A DNA stretch of 64,000 nt, from NCBI RefSeq assembly GCF_009914755.1, contig NC_060944.1. One strand, given 5' to 3'. This DNA comes from the human T2T-CHM13v2.0 reference genome, Homo sapiens. This document shows, in pieces, positions 23,247 to 37,964 of this stretch. Under the pieces are notes generated by a model. That model worked only from the letters and a program-made list of their open reading frames with translations. It did no database searches and had not been told where the DNA came from. A program made the position numbers and the translations under genes. Position 1 is the stretch's first letter, and every line of letters begins with the position of its first letter.

Positions 23247-24031
23247 TGTACTTCACAGTGGCAGGACTGCAGATGCCACTTCAGATGAGCAAGAATAGAT
23301 CCACCAAGCGTCACAATAGAGGTGAAGCCTACATTTCACCAAAGCAGAAAAAGGATCTTACAAAATATGCAATTTTTAACTGATAAAATAATAAAACCTC
23401 CTGATACAAAAGTATGGGATAGGGCAATGTCTCTATGACATTCAAATGCTAAAATATTAGTTATTAAACTGAAGCAAATTAGGTCACACCAGTTCCCACA
23501 AAGCTGTCCAGCTCTAGACCAATTCTAAAATTACGTTAGGCAAGACAAGGCTAAGAAAGACCACCACCCTGGGCATCCCGACACCTAAAATCCTCCAACC
23601 TAGGGATAATTTAAAGAAAGCCGACCTCCTAAACTTATTACTGAGTCCAGCATCCAGGAGAGGAAAGACTAGAAATTATCTAAGTGAATTCGGTAATTTG
23701 TACAAGACCAGAGTGGTGCTGTACTGGAATGAATTTTCTCCTGTAAAATAAACTAAAGCATTCTTCCCTTTGGGGGGAAAAAAGCTACTGCTTCTCAGCC
23801 TTTTGGTTAAGATCTAATCTGGGGGAATGCCACTGACAAGGTATTTTATTTGCAGCCTCTTTTGACATTATGACATCTTACTTAAAGACAGAGAAACAAA
23901 TGGAAGCTAAAGAAAAAGCTTTTTAGTTAAACTATCCTACCTCTTATAAAGTATGATATTGAAAGAAAAATTTTAATAAGAATATAATTATTTGATAAAT
24001 CTATGGGTACACATATTCAATAAGTAATTCT

Positions 24032-25125
<1,094 letters not shown>

Positions 25126-25758
25126 ACAAATATATTTCAAAAGCAAAATGGATGACTACATGCCAATTCCTTCCCTGTTTAACACAAAATAACAAAGAAA
25201 TTGAGATAAGAAAAATGTTAATGTAGACATTTGGCCTGGATTAATAGATGTAACAATATCTAAGTGGATATTACTAAAAGAATTACCATTTATTGAGCTC
25301 TAGATAGTGTGCTCTAGGCAGTGTGCTAAGACTTGGTGTGTGCATGAGCTCACCTAAAAATCTGGTTCCACTATTAGTTCTAAGGCTGTAGGGAAGCTAC
25401 ATAACTTCCTCAAGCTATGTTTTTCTAACTCAGAGACAGATACCTTAAAGATCATCTGCTGCTGCCTCCCCTTTGACCCACTAACAGAGACTACAGGTTA
25501 TTAAGCAATATAAAAAGGGGTTATTAACGACTCTGTTTTTTGCTGCACTCCCCTCAAAACCGCCGAGCTCCATAAATCTTAAAGTCAAACGCTCTTAGCC
25601 TACTTTATTTTGGTACACACCTTAGAAACAAACAGAACTAACAAACACCTGTGAAGGCAAAGATCAGCTCTGTTCTGCTCTACACGGCCTCTGCAGCAGC
25701 TAGCAGTACTTAGCTCTCAGTAGCACACACTCCAACAGCAACTTGTTTAGCTGTTCCT

Positions 25759-25783
25759 TACACACACACACACACACACACAC
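25759..25783 (+). repeat. (CA)n microsatellite
   Basis: About 12 AC units. Confidence 0.9.
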
Positions 25784-25879
25784 TCAGACTCTGAAGCTTC
25801 CCAGGCCTCTCCATCTAACTACCACCATCCTTACCTCTTGCTGCAAAAACTAACTGGTCTTCCCACTTCAATACTTTCT

Positions 25880-26415
25880 CAACTCAGAAGGCCAAGTGTT
25901 CTTTTTAAACCTTAAATCAGAACATGTCACTCTCCTGCTTCAGATTCCCCAAGGATTTCCTACGCACTGCAAATAAAGTCTAAATTACTTACGATGACCC
26001 AAGGCCCTACTTGATTTGGCCTGCTTACTTTCCAGATTGCTCACTAGGACCCAGCAACATGAGTTTCCCTTCAGTTTCTTCAGGAGCCCTTCTCTGCCAG
26101 GTCCTTCCTAGCTGGGCCTTTGTCCTTCTTCACTGTCTGCCAGGAACGCTGTTCCTGGCTCATTCAGGTGGCTAGCTCCTCCTCAAACTTAAGGTCTCAG
26201 TTCAAATGTCATCTCAGAAGAGTCTTTCCAACCACCCTGCATATAAGGTAAGCTCCCACTAGTTACTCTCATTGGCATCACCCTTTTGGTTCCTTTATAG
26301 GTTTATCATAATCTGAAATGGATTACGTACTTCATTTTATTTGAGTATATTCTGTCTTCTCTCACTAGAATAAAAACTACCTGTTTGATTCTCTATAATA
26401 TTTGTTGAATAAAAT
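25880..26415 (+). mobile_element. L2 3' fragment
   Basis: aatcagaacatgtcactctcctgctt...tctcagttcaaatgtcatctcag...aatatttgttgaataaa are typical L2 3'-end motifs. Confidence 0.65.
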
Positions 26416-27572
26416 AAACAAACTCCCATTCATGGGTCTGATGTTTTTTAAAATAAACAAGAAATATACAAGACTTATTTGTACAGGACTTATTTGAAGC
26501 AAAGTTTGAAAATCTACTGAGAGACATAAAAATCTATGAGAACACAGGACAGAAAGTGCATAACGCTGTCAATTTCCCCAAACTTCACCTACAATTTCAG
26601 TATTCACAATCAATATTCAGTATTCAATAAAAATCTCTATGATTTCTTTTTGAATGTCACAGAATGATTCTAAAGTTCATCTAGAAGAACACATAGACCA
26701 GAATTGTCAAAGTCTGAAAAAAAGAGTAATGAAGAGGTAACTAACCCCATCTGCATTAAAATTATAAAATGATAGTAATTTAAAGTGTATGGTAATACAC
26801 AAGAGACAAAAATAACAAGACCAATCAGAAATAGTCCCAAACACATTTAGTAAATGACAAAAGCTGCAATTTTAATAGTGGGGCAAAAAATGGATTGTTC
26901 GCTAAATGGTGCTGACACAACTAGCTAGTTGGGGTAGAATTCACACACAATTTTATCCCCCAAAATATGTCTCACTTCTTATACCAGAAAAAAATTCCAG
27001 ATGGATCAAACAATTAGAAGTTTTAAAAAGAGAAGGAAAAGGAAAAAAAGAAACCATTGAAGTATTAAATACAATCTGGGGACTTCTTTGTTTTAAAAAT
27101 ACAAAAAGGCATGCAGTTAAAAGTCTTCCTCTCACTCATTCTTCTTACTATGACAACCAATGTTTCCAAGTATCATATATCCTGTGATATACAAGCAAAA
27201 ATGTATACATTGTTTTTCATCTTTAAAGCAAAGACACATAGAGGCATATAATGTTCCTCACTTTGTTTTTCTAGTTTAGTAGATAGGTGAATATTTTACA
27301 TTTTGGAGCACGGAAAGTCTTAAGTAGAGCACAAAACACAAAAGTCACATAAATAAATTAATAACAGTCACAGCTAACATTTATTATTTACTTACTTTGT
27401 GCCAGCCACTATGCCTAATGCTATTTACATCATCTCCATTTTACAAATAAGGAAATTAAGGTGTACAGAGGTTAAATAATGTGCCCAAGTTCCCATAGCA
27501 GCACAGTGCTGGGTTTGGATTACAAAAGAATAGCTAGGGGGATATGAGCACACGTACGAAAAAGGTGAATAA

Positions 27573-28660
<1,088 letters not shown>

Positions 28661-29059
28661 TCAGCCTCAATGGTGATTGACAAAAGGCCATCAGAATCAC
28701 ATTTTTTCAGTTCCTAAATTGTCAAAATGTTTTAAACTGTAATATCTAGTATTGGCCAGGGCATGGGGCATACCTGAATACTATTGGTAGCTTTACAAAT
28801 TGGTACAACAACCTTTTGGAAGGAAAATGTATAAATATCTATCCATATCTACATTATTCACATCTTTTGATTTCAGCAACTCCACTTCTAGGAATCTATC
28901 CTACAAAGCTGTTTGTACAAGTACACAAAATACATATACATACGTACATGTGCATAAATATTCATACACACACACACAATTGTTTACTGCTTTCTTTTTC
29001 TGGCAACAACAAAAAAAAAATCCAGTGACCGTATGTTGATTAAGCAAATTATGGTATTT

Positions 29060-29350
29060 TCTTTTTTTCTGTTTGAAACAGAGTCTCACTCTGTCGCCCA
29101 GGCTGGAGTCCAGTGGCATGGCTCACTGCAACCTCCACCTCCCAGTTTCAAGTGATTCTCCTGTCTCAGCCTCCCAAGTAGCTGGGATTACAGGCACATG
29201 CCACCATGCCTGGCTAATTTTTGAATTTTTAGTAGAGACAGGGTTTCACCATGTTGGCCAGGCTGGTCTTGACCTCCTGACCTCTGGTGATCCAGCCACC
29301 TCAGCCTCCCAAAATACTGGGAAAACAGGAGTGAGTCACCGTGCCTGGCA
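29060..29350 (-). mobile_element. AluS
   Basis: Reverse Alu flanked by an aaattatggtatttt duplication. Confidence 0.9.
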
Positions 29351-30116
29351 AATTATGGTATTTTCATGTACTAGAAATGGGGTATTAAGTTGCTGTTAAT
29401 GATTGATAACTCTGAAATAAATAGACAAACTTGGAACAGTAGTATATAAAAGAATAGTATATTATGATCCCATAATATAGAAAATTATACAAACACAGAA
29501 AAAAAAAATGGAAGAATATGCAACAGTCTCAGTAGATTACATCCAGGAAGTGGTTCTTTCAATTTCATTATATATAAAAAATAATGTATTACTTATAATT
29601 AGTGAAAGATAAGATTTTAAAATAGCATATCCTCCTTCATGCATTAAAATGATTTTGTGTGGATATAAAGTAACGTCTTTCTCCCCCCTCAACAGAATGT
29701 ATATACTCCCACATCAGGTATATTTACGTTCTGCATATTTTAGGTTATAACTCCTAGATAGCACAAGTTTTGATTTCATTCCAAATACCTCCAAATACAT
29801 AAAAGTTATTGTAATTAAAAATGAATTTAAAAATCTTAAAAGTAATGCAAAGTTAAACATCTTTGAACAGAAACTCAAAGTCATGATGATGACTACTTAA
29901 ACATTTTCAAAATTACATAAATCTCTATGTTATTGCCAAGGGAAATGAATTGCCTAAAACAAATTACTCTGAATGTGAACAGTATACGACAGTGATAATG
30001 GCAAGAAGAATATCTGTCAGTTCAACCAAGTATGGGGTAAAGGGGCAATCTATAAGCATAAAGGTGACTCTCATCATAAATCTGAGTCAAATTTTCCTAG
30101 AAAAATGTAACCTTCT

Positions 30117-31018
<902 letters not shown>

Positions 31019-31231
31019 ATCTTCCCATATTTCTAATATCCAGTTTTTTCCTAGGATTGAAACTACTCCAAAATTTCCTGAATACATAAATTAAAACATT
31101 ATTGCATTCTAATATTATCTAGAACCATGAGTGCTGTCTAGGATGAACCAATCCCATATTTACTTTCTCTTCCTCCCCCAAATCCCAATAAACAGAACTT
31201 TTTTTTTCTTTTTTAAAGAAATGCTTTTAAC

Positions 31232-31517
31232 TGGGCTCAGTGGCCTGCACCTATAATCCCAGCACTTCAGGAGGCCAAGGTGGGAGGATCACTTGAGCCC
31301 AGCAATTTGAGGTCAGCCTGGGCAACATAATGAGACCCTGTTTCTACAAAATAAAAGAAATTGACCAGGTGTGGTGGCACACACCTGTAGTCCCAGCTAC
31401 TCGGGAGGACCACGTGAGCCCAGGACTTGGAGGCTGTATTGAACAATGATCACACCACTACACTCCAGCCTGGGCAACAGAGAGAGACCCTCTCTGTAAA
31501 AAAGAAAAAAAAAGAAA
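31232..31517 (+). mobile_element. AluJ
   Basis: ggatcacttgagcccag and tgatcacaccactacactccagcctgggc motifs. Confidence 0.85.
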
Positions 31518-32116
31518 TATTTTGATAATTTACTAAATACAGCTATGTTAGTCACTGACATTGGTGAAATTTCTACCTGTTTTTTAATTTCCAAAAACTA
31601 TTCAGCATCAAACTACCATATGTGTATCAGACATCTTCTACAGCATCCACACTAACTCTAGCTGCTAAGCTCTTTTATGCATTCAACAAGTATCTACTAC
31701 TCCTGGGCACAGGGTGTTATTCTGGGAGTGGGAAAAGAGGAAAAAAAATTAAAAACTCAGATACAGACATGCCTACAAAGGGCTTATGGTCTAGAGGCAA
31801 AGGATCAAGAGTTTCCAGAAAAAAAAAAAACATTTTGGAGAAGAGGGAATAGGAGAGACACTTCCTGGATGATGTAATATGTGATCAAACCCTTGAAAAA
31901 TAGGATAAATTTAGATGTAGTAGAGTTTGGAAGAGTAAGGGAGGAAAGGAGTATTCCAGAAGCAAGCATCGTAACAAGAAAAAACAAACAAAAAATTCTT
32001 CTTAATGCAACACAAAATAGCCCAAGTAGAATAAAGAAATATGCCATGCTTCAATATTTATGTAAAGCTTATCAGCTTAATAAAAATATGCCTTTTCCTT
32101 TACAATAAATTTTATA

Positions 32117-32896
32117 GGCTGGGCATGGTGGCTCATGCCTGTAATCCCAGCACTTTGGGAGGCCATGGTAGGAGGATTACTTCAGCCCAGAATTCAAGAC
32201 CAGGCTGGGCAAAACAATCAGATCCCATCTGTATTTTTAAAAAATTAAAATAAAATAAAATAAATGTTATAGCATGAATACTTACAGAAAATGAATACTA
32301 CAAATGAGCTTTTTAATGTAAAAAAAATTCATAAAGAATACAGTCGGCCAAGTGCAGTGGCTCATGCCGTAATCCCAACACTATGGGAAGCCAAGGTGCA
32401 GATAACTTGAGGCCAGGAGTTCGAGATCAGCCTGGCCAACATGACGAAATTCCGTCTCTACTAAAAATACAAAAATTATCCAGGCATGGTGGCATATGCC
32501 TGTAATCCCAGCTACTTGGGAGGCTAAGCACGAGAATCGCTTGAACCTGACAAGTGGAGGTTGCAGTGAGCTGAGATTGTGCCACTGCACTCCAGCCTGG
32601 GCAACAGAGCAAGACTCTGTCAAAAAAAAAAATTCATGATTGTGCTATTTATCTAAGCTTTTATATTAATAAAACAATTGAAATCCTTCATACTTAAAAA
32701 AAAATCCAGAAGCCTGAGAGTAGGCAAAACAAACAATAGATAATTTACAAAATAATTTAACCTATTTGTAGGCTGGGTGCGGTGGCTCACGCCTGTAATC
32801 CCAGCACTTTGGGAGGCCGAGGTGGGCGGATCACCTGAGGTCGGGAGTTCGAGACCAGCCTGACCAATACAGAGAAACCCTGTCTCTACTAAAAAA
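32117..32896 (+). mobile_element. FLAM/Alu monomer (32117-32265), Alu (32346-32632) and Alu left arm only (32771-32896)
   Basis: Alu motifs; the last element stops abruptly at ctctactaaaaaa. Confidence 0.85.
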
Positions 32897-32899
32897 TGA

Positions 32900-33800
32900 T
32901 TTTAACACTGTCTTTATTTCCCAAAGATTACTGAAGTCATGTGAAATAAAAGGCATTAGAGATTCTATTTTTCTGACAAAATATTTAAGAGCCTTCCTTT
33001 TCTTCTAAGCCAAGTAATTAGGGCTCCTTTATATATCCATCACATACAGAACACTTCTAGACAGGAAAAGATCTAGCAGTTGTAAGTTTTTCTTTCTCAT
33101 TTTATGAATCCTAACACAACTTCCACAGACCATCTATGACATGAACTTTCTGACTTTTCCTGTATTTCCCTCTTTCATAATCAGTCATTCTACTTTAGAA
33201 CAAAAATTTGCCATACAAGATCCTCTCATATAACATTTCTTTCCTTCATAACTTTTCTTACCATAAATGCATCTTCATATCCACAACTTTCTTTAGATCT
33301 CTCTCCCTGACTGATTTCTGATGCCCACCAAAACCTAAAAGGTCAGATAACGCAAAGCAAAACAGAGGAGAGCCTTAGATTTTGAGAGAGACCTGTCTGC
33401 CTGATGTTCTTGGGGTTCCATGAGGACAACAGAGGTTTCTCCTAAAATGGGGTTAGTAGCACCTTCTGTTTTTCTTTAAGGAGTCCCAGCCTGTCAGAAA
33501 TTACCTTACGTCCTGTCATGTGGGCACTGATTGGCAACAAGACAGACTAGGGAACAGCTGGCAACAAGACAGACAACTGAGCAGAAAAAGAAAAACTTAC
33601 TACAGTCCCCACTGTAAAGATGGATAAAGTGAGGCACCATGCAGTTTAAAAATTCATGTTACATAGAGTTGGGCTCCACAGCTCACTCTCTTAACCATAC
33701 TGTAATTTTGCTGAATCTATGCCCAGTGACTGATGCACCTGTATGGTACCTTATGGCCCCCTTAGTGCTTAGAACCTGGGTTTCATTCCTGCTCTACAGC
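32900..33800. mobile_element. Probable ERV1 (MER4-group) internal fragment
   Basis: Resembles MER4-group internal sequence from memory (tttatttcccaaagattactgaagtcatgtgaa...ttttctgacaaaatattt); not verified by alignment. Confidence 0.4.
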
Positions 33801-33989
33801 TATATAATTTAACAATTTTCCTCTGAATTTGTTGGATTCTAACCCTATATTTCTAAAATTTTATTAATATTACTGAATCTTAAAGGGAGCTGTGATGTCT
33901 TTAGTCTTTAGAAATATTAAGCCTATAAACAAAGGACTATATGAAGTTAAACTGTATTCAAATTTCTACATGATTTAAAACATTGAGGC

Positions 33990-34351
<362 letters not shown>

Positions 34352-34957
34352 CTACTCTGGACAAAAATTTAGATACTATCTCTTCAAAATAAGCTACCTA
34401 GTGGTATTTATACATATTCTTCCATATATCAACAGTATCTTACATGCTCATAGTCTTAAAAATAACTAAAAAGTGTCAGAATTATAGGCCTTACACGTTT
34501 CTGTTGGCTTGAAAAATGATACGAAATGCATAAACTTCTGGAGTGACCAGTTTAAAAAAAGAGTTCATACCAAAGGTAGTAATACTAAGAATCAAAGAGG
34601 GCTAAACACTGCAGGTTCTTAAAGGAGAAAGTTAATAAAACCTTGTTTTTGGTTGTGAATCTTTGCCTTAACAACATTATACACATGATTCCCTCCCATT
34701 CTTTTTCCTCTTGCAAAGATGTGGTGATGATCCAGGTTTGCTCATGCACATGACAATACTCTTGAAAATGGGGGCAGAGAAAAATATGAAGGGAATATGG
34801 GTCACTTAATCATCTCATAAATTACAACTTATTACCCCTGTGACTCTTGCATAGCTCCAGAAAAAATATGTGAGAGAGATGAAATGGCTGTTTGCTACCA
34901 ATATTTTATGTGATGCTTCATTTTTTGATTCCTTGAATAACACTTACAACGCATTAG

Positions 34958-35088
34958 CCTATTTATGCCAGAGGTTGCAATTTTTTGAATTTTTGCATAA
35001 GTGAAAAATCAGACCTTGTCGATGACATTTAGCAGTAGGATATAAGTAATTCCCACATGCTTAGCGTGGAACACTAGGCATAAGTGTG
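34958..35088 (-). mobile_element. MER85 piggyBac MITE (PGBD3-derived)
   Basis: TIR-like ends cctatttatgcc / ggcataagtgtg, flanked by TTAG (34954-57) and TTAA (35089-92). The reverse complement reads atgcctagtgttcca..cgctaagcatgtgggaattacttatatcctactgct...aaggtctgatttttcac, as in MER85. Confidence 0.88.
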
Positions 35089-36569
35089 TTAACACAATTA
35101 TGAAAGCATAGCTTTCAAGTAACTAATTATACAACTGACTTTTTTCCTCATCTCTAAAACATAGTAAGGGATCAGTTATTTAAAAAATACAACAGTGACA
35201 ACTATTTTATTTTTAACTCAGTTTTGGTTTGTTAAGGCCCTTGCTTGGCATAAAAAAAAAACAGGAGGAGAAACAATAATACAAACATGAAATAGAAGCA
35301 ATAGCAAAAGAAAATGAAGAGGAACAAGAAAATGAGAAGAAAATACACAATGGAAGAAAGGAAAAGGAACAGGCGTGGGAATTAGAAGGCTCAGTATGAT
35401 ACTTTTTATCCCCTCCTCGATTCATAAAATTTGAGTAACTGCAAGAGTATTACAAGAGAAAACAAGCAAAAGTATACACAAATAGTCACCCCCTATATTT
35501 TGTTAAGAATGAGAGAATGCTGCCACTCACGCCTAGCTCAGGCACCAGCAGGAGGGCACACTCTAGAGATTTCAGGAGAAGAGGGAGGACTCCTCTTTGC
35601 CCTAGGTGTACCACCACCACTGCCACCGAGACCTTTGTTACAGCATCCACAGGTTCCTCCCCACCCCAGAACGGGATGGGCCCTGCAGTGTTCCTACTCC
35701 CCCGTCCCGGCCCCCAGACTTCCTACTGCTACCACCACTAGCGCCAATGCCAATACAACCAGTCACCCTCAACGTACCAGCCCACCCTACCAGGCTCCTA
35801 CCACCTGGCCCCCGTGGGTGCCCTCATACCACTCCAGTCGAGCTGCGGTCTCCATCTCCACCACCAACTGCATGAGGCAAGCTGCAGAGCCACGTCATCT
35901 GCTCGACCCTACCACAGGCGACTCCTCCTTCTCCTCCTTCAGCCTGGCTTGGAGCAGCTGGGCAGGCAAAGCCAGAAGATCCCAAAACAGGACTCAGGGA
36001 GTGGAACCGTTAGAGCCTCACCTTCTCATGCTGATGACTGGGTGTCAGGGATCAGTTTCATTGAAGGCACTCACACCCACCTTCCAAAGTCCAACCTCTT
36101 CTTCTGGCAAAAGCTGGCCAGGAACTGGGGCCTGGGGTGGGAGTGAGTGCCTTCACTGAAACCGGCCCCTGGCCAAGTCCAGCTGGCCAACAATTGCTGG
36201 GCCCACCAAGGCTGCCCTCCTCGCAGAGCCTGAGTAGGAGAAACTCAGACCCAGCCAGCCCTCCCCACCCAAGGGCTGGTTCCCATACCTGACACCTCCA
36301 CCCACAGTGCCCTGTACCCCACTTCCCCCATCATGCCCACTACTCCCTGCCTGGTAGTCCCAGGTGGTCTTCGCAACACAGAGCATGAGCACGGGGCAGG
36401 AAACCACAGTGGGTGTGGAGGCCCTGCCGTGCAATCTAGCTCGCATGGGAGAAAATCGCCTTCTAGAGTCTGGAGTCCAAGAAGAGGAGAACCATCCCTT
36501 ACTTGGAGGCTACCAGAAGAAGGAGGTCACTGCTGTCACTGCCGCTGCCACCTCCTCAGCTCGCCAACG

Positions 36570-37120
36570 CCGCTGGCAGTGTAGCCCCCATGGCACCCCT
36601 AATCTGCTCCCTGCCACTAGCAGTGTAGCCCATGGATAGCACATCCAACACACCCTACAGTTTCAGACAATGTAACCCCAATACCCCCCCAAAGCACTCC
36701 CCCCACACCTCAGGGAGCATACCACCCAATAGTGCCCACAATCTGACCCAGCCACGGGCAGTTCATCTCCTGATGGTGCACCCCCCAGTCACAGGCAGTG
36801 CAGCACCCAACAACGCCCCTAAACCACCCCCAACTGCCAGCATTGTAGCCCCAGATAACTCCACCCAACCCACCCCCTGCCGCAGGCAGTGCAGCAGAAG
36901 ATAGCACCCCTAATCCTTCACCAGCCGCCGGCAATACACGCTAGTGTACACAATCTGCCTCCCCCCACCACCCCTGCCACCACGGGCAGTATAGCCCCAG
37001 ATAGCCAGCCAACCTGCCCCACAGCCAGCAATGCAACACCAGAGAGTGCCCCCAACCAGACCACTGCCACAGGCAGGGTAGCCTCTAGCAGTGAGCCCCA
37101 ATAGGACACCCAACCCTTGC
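36570..37120 (+). repeat. Diverged C-rich minisatellite, ~44-bp unit, ~12 copies
   Basis: Recurrent gcagtgtagcccc(a)gatagc.cccccaacc motif at ~36576, 36620, 36668, 36758, 36795, 36840, 36886, 36931, 36986, 37028 and 37073. Confidence 0.8.
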
Positions 37121-37529
37121 CCCCAGAGGCGTACAGGGCAGGCACGGAAACTCACCTACCCCATCACATTTCTACCACTGTGGCTGAGCTGCAGTCTCCG
37201 ACATCACTGACAATCACAGCGAGGCGAGCCATGATGGCACAGGTTCCAGCCTCCAGCATGTGGCAGTGCCTCTTCCTTCTAGTTCTCCAGCCCAGCAGAA
37301 GCTCCTGCTGCCCACCGCCCTCCTACTGCTCTATCGCCACCACCAACCGTAGCGAGGTAGTGACCCAGGCTCCAGGCTCCAGGCTCCATCCATCCTCCAG
37401 CCTCCATCCATCTTCCAACCTCCAGCAGGTGGAAGGTTGCGGCCTCTTCCAGTCCTCTAAGCTGGGCACAGAGTAGCTCCTCCGCTCGACACAGAAGAGC
37501 CTGAAATGACCTGACATGACCTCAGCATA

Positions 37530-37770
37530 AGAGGTTATGCAAATGCAGTTCCTGGATTACATGTTCTGATTGGACAAGAAAAAAAAACCTCTAGGCCTAC
37601 TCTGATTGGACTTTATTTTCATGCTGTGATTGGTTGTGTTAAGACTTGCTCTTATCCAATCAGAACATGATCATAAAGCCCAATCAGAGTAAGCCTGGAG
37701 GTTTTTTTCTCATCCAATCAAAACATGCAGTGCAGGAACCTCCATAGGCATAACCGCAGTATATAAATGA
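37530..37770. promoter_or_regulatory. Palindromic bidirectional Pol II promoter-like element (NF-Y x6, octamer, TATA)
   Basis: ATGCAAAT 37537-44; ATTGG at 37569, 37605, 37629; CCAAT at 37656, 37680, 37714; TATATAAA 37760-67. The boxes are symmetric about ~37644. Confidence 0.72.
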
Positions 37771-37964
37771 TGCTGAAGCGTGATCACGTTTTTTCAGGTT
37801 CCTGTATCTTCCTGTCGAGTTGCTGGCTGCCCGATGTAGAGGACTAGGAATCAGGAGTCAGTGGCCGTATGCTGGAGGCTGGAGCCGAGGGAGCGTGGCT
37901 CCCCTCGCTGTGGTTGTTGGCAGCAACGGAGAGATAGCAGCGCGGCTGGAACGGTAGGAGAAGG

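Noticed and set aside
35431-36159. 242-aa Pro/Thr-rich ORF
   Set aside because: Non-ATG start, low complexity, and several frames open at once in a GC-rich repeat; no recognisable homology.
36570-37120. Repeat-spacer array superficially like CRISPR
   Set aside because: The repeats are degenerate, the spacers resemble each other, there are no cas genes, and the context is eukaryotic; it is a minisatellite.
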